Shown here piece after piece: positions 1 through 12,580 of a DNA stretch of 64,000 nucleotides. Each line of letters opens with the position of its first letter. Position 1 is the first letter of the stretch. The notes beneath the pieces are model-generated. The model made no database searches. It saw only the letters and a list, made by a program, of their open reading frames with translations, and was not told the DNA's origin. The stretch comes from Asterias rubens (taxonomy: Eukaryota): contig NC_047067.1 of assembly GCF_902459465.1 (NCBI RefSeq), forward strand, positions 1,612,001 through 1,676,000. Reading direction: 5' to 3'. Both the position numbers and the translations under genes were made by a program.

Positions 1-1200
1 CACAGCGAGACACGTGCACCAGCAAAGCAGGCGAAAATTCGAAAATTCGTTTTCCCGCCTGAATCGCAGGAGAAAGGCTCACATCACGACAGTGAAGTAG
101 TCGTTTATGACCGGTGGATACAACACATCGCAGGCGACAAATCTCTGCCTGAGACGACCTACGGGATTCTCAAGAAAAACGACCGGTGCACTGGGCGGGA
201 AAAATCAATCATTCTCCAAACTCCCACAAACTCTAAGTCAACACAAACTGACGGTGAGAACGGTGGCGGGAAAGTCAAACTCTTCTCCATTCCTCTCAAA
301 CTGTCCCCGAACTCGGAATTACATGGCCGTAAAAGGCCTCACACATCTGCCCTCAATCTCAAGTCATCCCAGGGGTCGAGAGATTTCGCCATATTTGGCC
401 GAGCTCGAAGCCCGCGCAATGATACCAATTTCAAATCTCTCCTCGATAACGCCAAGAAGCGTTTGACGGAAATCGAAAGGCAGCTTCATGGATTGTGTGT
501 TGAAAGTGGGATTATTCACAAATCAGCGTCAACCAATGCCCAAGTCGTACGGGATAGTTTAACATCTCAGCGGGCAGATGCAGCGGACAATCTACCCGGG
601 GAAGACGGGGGTTACAGTAAAACCACTCAAATCAAATCTGTAGACGTCGGTACAGTAACCCCGTCTGAATGGTACACCGTCAGTAAACCATTGAAACAGC
701 ACAACTCTGACGTAAAAACTGTGAACATGAAAAGCTACGTCACACCATGGAGGAATAAATTAGATTCCTCCATGGTCACACCAGACATGCTGAACGTAAC
801 ATCCCAACACTCGCGTTATCAACGTCATGTCACCTTCGCAAAGAGCGCCCTCATTCACCCCGTTAAACTAGTCCGTCCTCAAACAAACCAGCGATGGAAC
901 TCTCACGAGACTGCTCGAGAGAACGGGAGTTTTGCAACGACTTCAGATTTACTGGTTGAATCACTTGACAATGTGGATACATCTGGGGAGATCGCTGAGA
1001 GGGTAAATATTCCCTCTCCCAAAGGAATAAGAAATTCACAGAAGGAGGAGGAATTAAAGATGTTATTGAGAACGTGTTCGCTGACACCGAGTCCTAGGAA
1101 ACAAACAGCGAAAAATGAAACGTCCCTGGAAAAAGGAGAGTTTGATGTGGAGATGTTGGAATCAACTGAATCAAACAACTCTAGTTTTACCGATAGTTAA
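1..1200 (+). CDS. 5'-truncated large terminal coding exon of an unrecognised, mostly disordered protein
   Basis: Frame 1 is open from base 1 to TAA at 1198-1200 (399 codons: HSETRAPAKQ...SNNSSFTDS*). The track shows only 463-1200. AATAAA occurs downstream near 2125 and 2164. No family recognised. Confidence 0.6.
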   Translation, partial: HSETRAPAKQAKIRKFVFPPESQEKGSHHDSEVVVYDRWIQHIAGDKSLPETTYGILKKNDRCTGREKSIILQTPTNSKSTQTDGENGGGKVKLFSIPLKLSPNSELHGRKRPHTSALNLKSSQGSRDFAIFGRARSPRNDTNFKSLLDNAKKRLTEIERQLHGLCVESGIIHKSASTNAQVVRDSLTSQRADAADNLPGEDGGYSKTTQIKSVDVGTVTPSEWYTVSKPLKQHNSDVKTVNMKSYVTPWRNKLDSSMVTPDMLNVTSQHSRYQRHVTFAKSALIHPVKLVRPQTNQRWNSHETARENGSFATTSDLLVESLDNVDTSGEIAERVNIPSPKGIRNSQKEEELKMLLRTCSLTPSPRKQTAKNETSLEKGEFDVEMLESTESNNSSFTDS

Positions 1201-1240
1201 GACGAGTTTATCAACCAATACATTAAGCTGACACCGGACC

Positions 1241-2344
1241 GGTGTCGCATGCAATTATGTCCTCTATGCAATACTATCCGGAGGACATTATTGCATATGC
1301 AACAATGTCCGCCGGACGGTTTTGCATATGCAATCGTGTCCGCCTGGACGCTACTGCATAATGCAATTGTGTCCGCCCCCGTGCAAAACCGTCTTGCAAT
1401 CAACTAAACGCCCTTGGTCGACGGAACACGTTCGCCATCTTTTTACAAGCTAGGTAAATATCAAGAATGAAATGGGAAATGTTCCGCCGTTGGGTATTCG
1501 CTGCAATCCTAAATAATATAGGCCTCTTAAACGATAGTTAGTTCTTTTTTACATGTAAATATATGCTGTTTTCAGCTTTTGCTTGATTTTGGTTTTTTTT
1601 TTTCCTTGTAGGGTTTTCCACCTGTATTGTAAATTGTTTTTTGCCTGTTGTCTGTATAGTTTGTCTAATTTGTTAAATTGATCACCCCTTTTTGTTCAAT
1701 GCTTTAAAGGGTTTGGGTATAGTTTGTGTAGTCCTTAATGTTTTAATATGTTTTGATTTACTAATGTTATTTTAATTCCTTGCCTGTATGTAGAGTTCTC
1801 CGGTATTTTAATGATTTTTGTTGTTCTTGTGTGTTGTTGCGGTCGGTTAAACATTTCCTTTTTAATATATAGACGGATTGCGATGCGCGTCGTTGGCAGC
1901 CATCTTTGATGTAACAATGGATTTCAAAGTGTGCCCGTACTACGCACAACTCTGAGCCAGTAATGGCTTTTTCACGCGTTCACTTTCATCAAGGATGGCG
2001 GCCGATGACGCATGTTGCAATTCGTCTTTTGTGCATTCCCTAATGTTTATTTGTAAAATATTTTACTGTTTAACATATATATATATATTGACGCAATTTA
2101 GCCATTGGCTACAAGTTCAATTTTAATAAACCATCAATAATATAAAAAAAAAGAAATAATAATAATAAAATACGTGAATATTCATGCTGCATAAAATACG
2201 TCGGGTTCAGTGCATGCACGCTTGCTTACGCGTGCACATACATGTACAGTCATGTACATGTCCACCTGACGGTTTTTGCATAGCCCCGGACACGATTGCA
2301 TATGCAAAAGTGTCCAGAGCAGACAGTATTGCATGGCGGACACC
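1241..2344. mobile_element. Foldback-like element with inverted subterminal repeat arrays (GGACAC..TTGCATATGCAA..TGTCC)
   Basis: 1241-1400 and 2255-2344 carry the same repeat units in opposite orientation, and both outer ends read GGTGTC. No TSD found. Confidence 0.5.
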
Positions 2345-3566
2345 AAGAAGATTTTGAGATTAAATGAGTGCGATTTTTTCAAATTTGAAACTCTCACCAA
2401 CACAGCCAATGCTTTGTTTCAGAGTTACAAGTCAGTGTCAGTCTAAAAAAAAACGAACAACTTTATTGTTTGGTTGTAATGCACAATGTTTATTTTACAA
2501 AAATGTTTTATCAGTTTCAAACTTTTCTTTTATCCATAATTTGTTTTCGCTTTTTGAATGAATTTGTAGTTTGTCTTACAAAGAAAAAAAAACATTGATA
2601 TTCTAACTATCGAGCAAGAAAGCCATTGTTCAATTAAAACAAACTACAGGGTTTTCAACTTAATAATAATGGATGGGAACGGACCACAATGAACTTCTAA
2701 CTAAAATTGACTGATTACTGTCTATCATTCAAACATGTATGACACCATTGAAACACAATTATAGTGAAATCACATATAAACTCTGTTTTGTTGCTTCACT
2801 TGCATGGGCCCTTTGCGTTGATTTGTCCTTTCCAGTCGGAGTTGCACCAGGCAGTGTTGCTCATTTTTAAATAGGAATCTTGGTGCTTTGTAAAATCAAG
2901 CCAAGTTCCGATAACGTTCAACAATCGTGTAATGCAATTGTTGGACCGTTGTGGCAGGAGATTATGTCCCCCGGAGATTTTCTGTGTGCCCCGCCTCCCC
3001 CCCCCCCCATATACAGTGAATTGTGCAGAAATTTTGTCTGATAGCGCCCTCTTTTGAATAAACTTCCTTCAGCGCCCTTTTGCCTTAGATTTGGGCGCTT
3101 TGGTCTATTTCTTTGAAATGAACGTTTATATTGGAACGATGTTTTAAAAGTGGAATATTATGCCTTGTAATTGTGTGGTTTTCCCTCAACTTCGTGAACT
3201 AACACGGTCCGCTATTTGTATAATAGAACCAATTACGGACCGTGTTAGTTCACGAAGTAAGAAAAACCACAGAAAAACTTAACTCAGTCCGAAGATCACA
3301 TGGGTTATTCGAACCATGTGGTTCGGATAATCCACGTATACCTTAGGGTTTTTTTAAATGGTCGAAAACAGCAAAATCTGATTGTTTCTGCTCCATTCCT
3401 TTAAAGACCTTTGGAGTCACTTGGGTATATTTTATAACCAATAGCCCAATAATGGGGGATGGGGGGGCATGGGCGTCAATGGGGGGGGGGGGGGTGTCAC
3501 TTAAACATGGGTAACTTTATTGATGCTCTAGGTTCGATTTCACAGTCCTAACCTTATAGTAGTCCT

Positions 3567-3686
3567 GGGGTCGATTTCACAAAGAGTTCGGACTAGTCTT
3601 ATCTCTATAGGACGAGAACTTAGGACTAGCCATACGTTTTTAATATCTCCTAGGACTAGTCCTAACTCTTTGTGAAATCGACCTCT
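3567..3686. mobile_element. MITE with GGGGTCGATTTCACAAAGAG terminal inverted repeats
   Basis: The left end ggggtcgatttcacaaagag and the right end ctctttgtgaaatcgacctc are inverted. Related GGGCCCAATTTCAT ends occur near 9388, 30494-30683, 35958-36130 and 45124. Confidence 0.7.
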
Positions 3687-4204
3687 GAGTTATTAAAAAC
3701 TAAAGGCTAGTCCTCCAACTCGAGATGGGGAAATGTACACCTTAATCATTCATAAGGTTGTGTGGGGATCATAAGTGGGAGCATTGCGTGCATTCATGGG
3801 GTCGGAACTGAGTTTAATTGAATTGAATTGTGGGAGGGGTGACACTCGCCTTTTTACTTTGAAAATACTTGTACCGGGCCTCTTGAATGGACCACCATCT
3901 TATCCACCGTCTCTAGACTGCCTTTATCCATTTAATTGTCAATACATACCTGCAATGAGTGGTCAAGCATTGTACACATCCCTAACAACCACTCTCATCT
4001 TGACAAACATCCGTAATCCCTTTCTATGAAGTGAAGACTTTAGGATTTGCTAGACGGAATCCTGCTAATAATGTAGCCAGTTGAGAAATAAATTGTGTTA
4101 CTCAAAACTTACAAACTTTCCTTGGCGTCTTTTTTTGTGAGTGCCTTTTGACAATAAACTTATAAGTAGGATTTGAAACTTTGCATGGTAGAAGTAAGAT
4201 ATAG

Positions 4205-4330
4205 AAAAGTTTGCGGTAACACCATGTAATAACAATCTCTAAATGAGTTGGGGTGGTTCTGAACGGTTCTTTTCAGAACCACCCCAACTCATTTAGAGAT
4301 TGTTATTACATGGTGTTACCGCAAACTTTT
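4205..4330. repeat. Perfect 59-bp inverted repeat with an 8-nt spacer
   Basis: 4205-4263 is the exact reverse complement of 4272-4330. Confidence 0.95.
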
Positions 4331-4871
4331 CAATAAACTTATAAAGCACGAAGATTTGTTTTAAATGTTGTTAACGTATCTTGAATGTTGAATCATCAGA
4401 TTTTGATCATAACTTCATATTCCTAGATCATTATATCTAGTAAAAATATCTCAGTTTGGGGCACAATAAACAAGACGTTTATTTTGAGGGTAGCCTGTAT
4501 CTTTTCAAATCAAGAATGGATATTTTTTTTTTATAGTGACTGGAAATGTGTCACAAGGTTTTGACAGTTGAGGTTGCTGTTGTGGACTTCGTACAGGAAT
4601 CGATGTTGATGAGGCTAAAGTTTTGTTCCAATCCACGGTGAATGCTATCATCTATCTCCTGTGGGATTGTCCTAGATCTCCCACATTTCTTGGATACTGA
4701 TATTGGTGAAGTGCTTGCCCCTGTTTCATGACTGAAGAATAGTCAAAGCAGCAAATCTTTGCTCGAAATTGGCAAACTTGGGGTGAATTAATTATCTTGG
4801 CAATCTTTGTGTCGTATCCGTATCGAGATTGTACCACTTCCGGCTTTTCGTGTCTTTGGTGCGATTTGGCC

Positions 4872-7800
4872 ATGGCCTCCGATCTCAAAACTAGTGGAAT
4901 CGGTGAAACAAACTATGGTGGATTGGGTGGGTCGACATGTCAGAACGTGGCTACATTCGTCCACAAAATACCATCTCCTACACCAACGAGCGTAATACAG
5001 TTCTACAACCAACACAATTCCTACAACCCAGACAATCACAGGTGAGTTAAGAATAGTTCATTGGAAATATTTCCCGTTATATCCTGCCACCACTTGTTCA
5101 CTCATTTTTACCAGAAGGGAATATCTCATTTTGAGTAAATTATATACTAATTTATTTCATAAAAGTGACGACAGCACACGGAAGTTTTTCCCATTTTATT
5201 TCCTATCTAAATAACTTTGATGTTGTAGGCCTACTGTCAAAAATAAGGAACGTGTGGGCTTTTAATACCTTTTTGACTCCTCGTGGGTCGTACCTTGAGG
5301 AAAGATGTTCATAAAAGTTTGTTAATATGACATTAACAACGAGGTGTGAGCGGCCGGGCCGGGGGGGGGGGGGCTAACTGTGATACTCTTTCAATCGGGT
5401 GTACATTGTTGCACATTATACTTTCTTTTCCTTGCCGACCTACATTTCCATGTTCGCTTTTATGTGACAATGAAATTTGATGAATTACTTGATTAATTTG
5501 GTGATTGGAACATTGGTTTGCATTATGTCATGCAGAGATAGAAAAGACAAGATGTTCCAAAGTGCACAGAACCTTGTTCTGAAAAAATTATCACAAACAA
5601 AATGATGTGCAGATTTTAATATTGCAGTTTACTTTCTTAGTGCACCACTTTTAGGCCAAGAAAACTAAACATACCAACTTTAATTAATAATTTTTTCATT
5701 ATCTTCTTTTAAGGACTGTTATTAAGTCTTATATATAGTGTGATTTCTTGTAAAACTTTGTCTCAGACTGCCTGAGTTTTAATATTGTATTTTTCTTCTT
5801 TGTAAATTGCAGCCTTTGGCTGCAATGTGTTTTTAACAATAAACCATAACTGGGGGAGGGGGGGTATATTATTATATTATATATTTCAAAGGAAAAGTGT
5901 AGCCAGACTAAAAATGTGCTGACTTTGTGGAATTTAGAATTAAAAAATTATGGGTAAAATAAATCAACGAAACATTGGTGCCAATTATGAAGTAATAAAT
6001 ACACGAAATTTTGTTGTCCTTTCGGGTACCAAAATAACATGTTTTTAAAAAAGGGGGACAATGCGGCTTAAGAAATGAATGAGGGTCGGTCGATCAATTT
6101 TTGATGCATTGTTGTTGTTGAGTTGGGTTCTGTCATTACTTGGCCTGAGGTTCTGTGTGAACCATTGAGGTAGAAACATCCATAACACAAAGTTATCGAA
6201 ATTGACGGTACAGTAAGTAGCTGTGTAGTAGTCCGCGTTAGAAAGTGATCGTGATTTGTTGAACATAAACTATAAGCCGTGTAGCCTTGGTTACGAGTAT
6301 ATACAACTATAGTGCCCGATGTTAACAATCTCGCATGTGTGCCAGTGATGTCAGTGGAGCTTATTGTCAAAATGAGAAATCACTATCGGGGAACAATCCG
6401 AGTTGACCTCTAAACACCTTTACAGTCTATATGCACCTCCCGGAGGTTTGGGATTGGATAAAAAACAAAATTCTCAAATTGTTTGTTCCCCATAATGCCA
6501 GGTTTTTCTTCATTTTTCAAGGACTGTTTTACAGTAAATACAAAGTTACATTTCTAATCGTATTCTTTCAAGGGACACAAATAAAGAACCATTTGCAGGG
6601 CTATGGCAAAATGTAGATGTTACTTAATAATCCCTTAGGTAAACAATCCCCAGCTTACTCACAATCCTGAGCTTGAATCGCTTCAGCGAACTTTCACAAC
6701 ACACGATTGAAAACCGTAACTAGGATTTTAACAGTGGGGCTAAATGCATGCGTAATGTTGCGTGACTGCATACTGAAATGAATGTCGAGTTGACCGACAT
6801 ACATGAGGAAATACTGGTAAAAGTTGGGTTCAAGAAGGACTTCTGAGTTTATGTTTCCATGACGGCAGAGGTTTTCTCTTATTTTGGTAAAGGAGAGACG
6901 TGTGATATGGAGGGAAAATAGCAGTATTTGGTAAGAAAATAGGAGTGTAGAATGTCGTCTTACAATTTGATGGTTTGGCTTTAGGGGTTTGGTTTAGTCG
7001 TGGGACTGTTTGGGTATTGGGGCTTTGTGATTTTTTTTTCATTCTGGACTAGTATAAATATAAGCACGGGTTGAGCAGTGTTGACACTAGAATGACCCAG
7101 TTTGTCAATTGACACTATCAGCTCAAAATGTCCGACTGTTTAGCTCTCAAATTTATTGTTGAACCACTCTTCGTTGGTTTAACTGCAGAACAAAAGGCAT
7201 AGGGCCTACAGGGTTTTTTTTTACAAGTGCGAGTTGGTTGCGGGCATCCATGGTTGCAGCCTGTATGTTTCCACGATCGCATGTATTTTCAACTGTATCC
7301 CACTTTATTGCGTTACAGACACACCATTCTTGAGGAGCCATCTAAAGACGCTACTGCCTCCGTCACGATGACGTCATACAAGCTGGATACTGGTGTTTTC
7401 CTTCAGCAGTTTACGAACAGCGTCAGCCGGGCCCTTCATAAGCAGACGTGTAGCTGCAGCGGACGATCCTACTCGGCAGACGAACTCTTTCTGAGGAGTA
7501 ATCCCGCCATTTTTGCTACGAATGTCACCGAGTCGTGCAGTCGACAATCCACTGCCGACTCGTTACCGTTCGTGTCCAGATCCGGCTGTATGGCTAAACA
7601 CAAGACAGATGCATCAACGGCAAAACACTCTTCTTCTTCTCCGAATATGAAATTGGAGTATGAGTTTATTCCACGTGGTAGTCCAACCCACCGCATGAAG
7701 ATCAAGATGCTAGGAGATGCCTCTCCGATGAAAAGATTGAAACGGCAGTCAAATTTACCGGAGAAAATGAACGTGACCGATAAGAATGGACAGAACTGGC

Positions 7801-8981
7801 AGGTTGTTCAGAACTTCCCGAAGCACGTGAATAGGTCATCTTCACATCAAAACCCATCGTGCTCTTCGCAAGAGCTCGAGTTGCAGACACCGCCAAACAC
7901 ATCTCGTCTCGCTATGATGGAGGTAGGAAGAAGCAAACATGACGCGTCTGAAAGAAATTCCCCAAGACATCGAGGTATCCACCTCCCCAAACACATCACC
8001 AATGAAACTGATATCACTCACAACAACAGTTTAGAGCACATACAAATACAAAATGCTCCATCTCCGGGTCCAACGCCCACTGATCTACCAGTCATAGACC
8101 TTGAATCAACCCCTGCCGACGGCTTTCTGTCCAGCCGAAACACGCCTCGCGAAGCCGATCGAAAGTTCATCCTCTCGCTGTTAAATTCAGCAGTGAGAAA
8201 GAGACAAATTACGTACGAGGACTTCCTCAAAAGAGCATCTCAGCTGACATCGGCCTTGTCTAACAGGGACAATAACGAAGACGGGTTGGTTGAGAGTCGA
8301 AACCAGAATAATAACAGTCCTTCATCTGATGTGTCTGAACTCAAGAGTGGGGGTACGCACCTCCCGAGTTTAAACGCCTTTGACAAGACTGGTGAGCAAG
8401 TACCGGCCCAACATCACCTACCAACACAACTGGAAGACCTGTACACGAAGGGACGTCTGAAGATTCTTAAGTTTGACATTGGAGGAGTGCTTCCCGACAA
8501 TTTCCTTCAAAAGGACAGGGACAAACTTCGACAGATGTATCCAATGTATGACTGGCGTGTTGGGCAGGGTGCAAGGTTGGTGAAAATGAAACACTCACCC
8601 GTTAAAACAGTTGCACCAAACAAAAAGGACATTCTGGCGACAAATTGTACGCTTCAGCTTCCGAAAATGTTCCCCAAAGATGGAGGGAAAGATTTACGGG
8701 ACAAAGGACATAATTGGCGAGACTGGAAGAGCCCAAGGAGGGCTGTAGGTGTGAGGGGCGACAGCTTTGCAGTGACCGATCAATCTGAAGCTACGAATGG
8801 GAGTAAAGTCAAAGATGGGGAAAGTGGAGCGGCCGCGATGGAAGAGGAGCGTGTTGGGGACGGCGAGGCCATGGAGGAAATGCGTCCGTGTTCGGGGTCG
8901 ATGATCCCGAGGCAGCCTCCACCAACTCCGATGGAGAGTAGACGTAAACAAACATTGGAAACACTCAAAGAAATAGACTAG
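4872..8981 (+). CDS. Two-exon gene for an unrecognised ~610-aa low-complexity protein
   Basis: Exon 1 is 4872-5041 (ATG GCC TCC..., donor ag|GTGAGT, phase 2). Exon 2 is 7319-8981 (ttattgcgttacAG|, phase 2, stop TAG). The total of 1833 nt is 611 codons and joins in frame (NPDNHR-HTILEEP). Exon 2 lies inside the 584-aa ORF of the track. Confidence 0.65.
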
Positions 8982-9081
8982 CTGCGTGGACGAACTGTCG
9001 TCACATTGTGTAAATTGTTATAAATGTACCAATAACTGTTTGTTGTGTTTATCGTTTTAACAATTTTACTATAAGGAAGCA

Positions 9082-9261
9082 CAGGCATGATACTTCACAG
9101 AGGCAACGAAGGTGATTGTTTCCCCATGCCCTCTGGTCATTACCTTGGTGCCCTTGAAAACCTCCTAAAGAACGTTACAATTTCCTGATAGGGTGCCTTT
9201 TACCAAGGAGAAAATGGCTAAGTGCCCTTGCCCTTTAAAAAAAACGAAGCATACAGGCCTG
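9082..9261. mobile_element. MITE family with CAGGC...GAAGCATACAGGCCTG ends (other copies about 20713-20878 and 22066-22257)
   Basis: Imperfect TIRs and a shared internal ccttggtgccc motif in three copies. Confidence 0.7.
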
Positions 9262-10730
9262 GACAAGCTCCGTAAACGAACTATCATTTTGGCATAGACA
9301 CATTGTGTGAAGTGTTATAAATGTACTAATAACTGTTTGGTTTGTTTATTGTTTCACCATTTTCATATGGAAGCAAATAACTACCCTGGGCCCAATTTCA
9401 TAAAACTGTTAGGCAGAAAATACTGCTTGATAATTTTCTTTGCTAAGCAAAAATTCTATGGGGCACCAGTCACAATAATGTATTTATATATATTGGCCGG
9501 TAGCCTGTTTCTGTTAAGCAATATTGTTATGTGCTTAGCAAGTTCATGTGCTGGCAGGCTTCATGAAAATTGGCCTTGTACATAAACAAGATCTGTCAGA
9601 ACATTACATCTTTAGTTTTGGGAAATGAAAATTCAATCAGGCTTAACATTTCATCTCGTTAAGTTTTATAATGTGATTGTGTATGTTTACTTTTTAATAC
9701 GTTAATTTGTTTGTTCTTAACAATGTAATTATGCAGGGCCCAAATGGAAACCAGTTATGTTTTTGCTGATTTTGCTCGCCCTGGGTAAATAAGGGAAATA
9801 AATAAATCTCGAGATTTGAGGCTATTTTCATTTTACAATGGGAATATCCGTCGTAAAATCTTCACAAGTATTTTATGGAAAACTTGTATAGGGGGCACGC
9901 CAACGAACCATGGGTAACAGAGGCCATTGACTTTGAAATCGCATTTTAGCTTAAAAAATCATTCTTAATTTAGATGAATTAAGTGCCAGGGTATAGCAGT
10001 GACATCTCCAGCAGCCTTTTAATCTATAAATGTCAGCTAAGTTTGGCTGTTACACTTGCATTAAACTGTACTGATTGTGTTGAATTGAGAAAAGATACAA
10101 CAGTGGTTTTCATTTATGTTTTTATTATAATTTTGTAAACAAATAAATAAAATTTTTGAAATTATCTTAAATTATTCTGAAACAGAAATGAAATGTCAAG
10201 ATTGAAGCTTCCTCCTTGTACGCAAGGCGTCATGCACACAAAAACAAGCCTAGTTCATACTTACTGTCAATGGTTCTTGCAAAGCGAATTTGATGTCACA
10301 GCTCTGTTTGATCTGTGAATGTTACAGAGGGTTGAGCTATTCCAAATTATTTGTTGAAATTTGCATCCATTCACATGAAGTATGAACCAGGCTTTAGACT
10401 TCCCTTTGTGAAATCCGAGTACCAGCCTTAAGGTTTATTAACACATGCTGGTTGTGACTGCCAAACATATCTACAGTATACAACTTGGCTGGAATTTGAA
10501 CCCCTCTGATCTAAAGCAGATATATTAACCTCTAGACCACCAAGCCCAGTGTCAAGAGGCCACTCCAATCCTGTCAATTAGAATCTGGTACTGCATCAAT
10601 TTACTGTTTACCAGTCGATATGCAGCAGTGTTTGGTTCCCACCATGTTTTGGCTGCCAATAAGAGATATTTGTCAAGCATTATTTTCTACTTTACAATTA
10701 AAAAAAACTTGACCTAGGTCAAGTGGTTCT

Positions 10731-11104
10731 TTAAAGACACTGGACACTATTGGTAATTGTCAAAGACCAGTCTTCTCACTTTGTGGATCTCAACATATGC
10801 ATAAAATAACAAACCTGTATAAGTTTGAGCTCAATCGGTCGTCGAATGTGCAAGATAATAATGAAAGAAAAAACATCCTTGTCACACGAAGTTGTGTGCT
10901 TTCAGTCGCTTGATTTCGAGACCTCAAAATCTAAATCCGAGGTCTCAAAATCAAATTCGTGGAAAATTACTTCTTTCTTGAAAACTGCGTCACTTCAGAG
11001 GGAGCCATTTCTCACTATCAACCTCTCCCCATTACTTGTTACCAAGTAAGGTTTTATGCTAATAATTATTTTGAGTAATTACCAATAGTGTCCACTGCCT
11101 TTAA
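10731..11104 (-). mobile_element. ~370-bp TTAA-flanked MITE, family A (Kolobok-like)
   Basis: TTAA-AG(G/A)CA(G/C)TGGACACTATTGGTAATT TIRs. It is the reverse-orientation copy of 11764-12151. Confidence 0.9.
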
Positions 11105-11763
11105 GCAGTTTCAAACAAGAATAGCTGTGTGGTATGTCTCTGTTCTCTGATGGTAGTGACCCTAAGCACATGAGATCACTGCAGTAGGGCGCCCTCATGT
11201 AGAGGTCAAACGAAAGTTGCTCATTGGTCCATCCTGTGCGATGTGGTACTGAGCTTTGCATTTCCATTTTTCATCACTGTTTACTGCTTCGACAGGATAA
11301 TGCCTATGCGTTAAGTCTATAATATCCACACTGCTTTGGCCTGGTGCCCTAAAAATAAGGGTAGAATACCCTGCCAATCACAACATCACAGGAGCCAGAC
11401 TACTTCTTGCATGGGTTCCAACATGGTCCTCTTGAAATGAAGTCCCGTCACAGAGAGAAACCTCAGTACCTATGAGAAACAAACAACACTATTGTTACAA
11501 GACACACACATTTAAGAATGCGTCTTCAAAGCAAAATATCAATGAAAATTGTAAACACAAATTGAAATAGATTTTATCAGACTCAAAGTCACCATGTGAA
11601 CATTATATGTTTTTGTTCAGGCATTATTGTCTCATTGAAAATCACAAGACCCTGGAATAGTCTGGCCATGAGTTCACTGGCCCGATGTTTAACTAACTGG
11701 CCTCTGTAGTCTGGCCTCAGGTCCAGTGTAAAATTTGAGCCCTGGTCAAATCCACTATTCCCT

Positions 11764-12151
11764 TTAAAGGCAGTGGACACTATTGGTAATTAATGAAAAA
11801 TAATGTTTAGCATACAACCTTACTTGGTAACGAGTAATGGGGAGAGGTTGATGGTATAAAACATTGTGAGAAACAGCTCCCTCTGAAGTGAAGTAGTTTA
11901 CGAGAAAGAAGTATTTTCCACCAATTTGATTTCGAGACCTCAAGTTTAGAATTTGAGGTCTCGAGATCAAGCATCTGAAAGCACACAACTTCGTGTGACA
12001 AGGGTGTTTTTTCTTTCATAGTTTCATCTCGCAACTTCAACGACCAATTGAGTTCAAATTTTCACAGGTTTGTTATTTTATGCATATGTTGAGATACACC
12101 AAGTGAGAAGACTGGTCTTTGACAACTACCAGTAGTGTCCAGTGTCTTTAA
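11764..12151 (+). mobile_element. Family A MITE
   Basis: Both TIRs, TTAA flanks and the conserved interior are present. Confidence 0.9.
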
Positions 12152-12310
12152 CAAGTAAAAATATTTAAGTAAATTACTACTGTGGTTTGAACAACCAATC
12201 CAACTGCATATTATTAAAGTTTGGAAACGTCCATCCAACGAAACAAGGCAAACCAGTATGGGAGTAATTAAAGAAAACTGAATGGTTATTTAACTCGCCC
12301 CCTTGAACTT

Positions 12311-12457
12311 AAATGATTTGGGTTGACAAAGAAAAATTTACTAGAGTGGGATGTGAACCAGCGACCTCCAAATCAACATGCCAGCGCTCTACCAACTGAG
12401 CTATCTAGCCATATGTTGGCAGTCTCTCTAATAAGTCAATATCTTTGTTCGGGGTGC
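12311..12457 (-). mobile_element. tRNA-derived SINE/repeat with A-box and B-box
   Basis: The minus strand reads ctagatagctcagttggtagagcgctggcatgttgatttggaggtcgctggttcacatcccactctag. Homologous tandem copies lie at about 53876-54240. Confidence 0.7.
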
Positions 12458-12580
12458 TTCTTGAATTTACAGATTCTTTGTTAACTGCTTTCTACTAAAT
12501 ACCTTTTCTGTCTTTGAATCATCGGGGAATTCTGGCCGTACTCGGGTGTCTCTCTCATTCAGCAGCAGAAGTCACTGACC

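Noticed and set aside
863-1087. Minus-strand ORF containing FLWEREYLPSQR, resembling the Bel/Pao post-integrase W..EYL motif
   Set aside because: It is antisense to a long coding exon, with no other LTR-retrotransposon motif or LTR nearby.
10825-12040. Recurring ORFs of the type SHEVVCFQ...LETSNSK (also at 27.8, 48.5 and 58 kb)
   Set aside because: They are translations of family A MITE copies, not a gene family or a transposase.
12311-12457. Possible functional tRNA gene
   Set aside because: The B-box and stems are degenerate, and the same flanks recur at 53.9-54.2 kb, so it is a tRNA-derived repeat.
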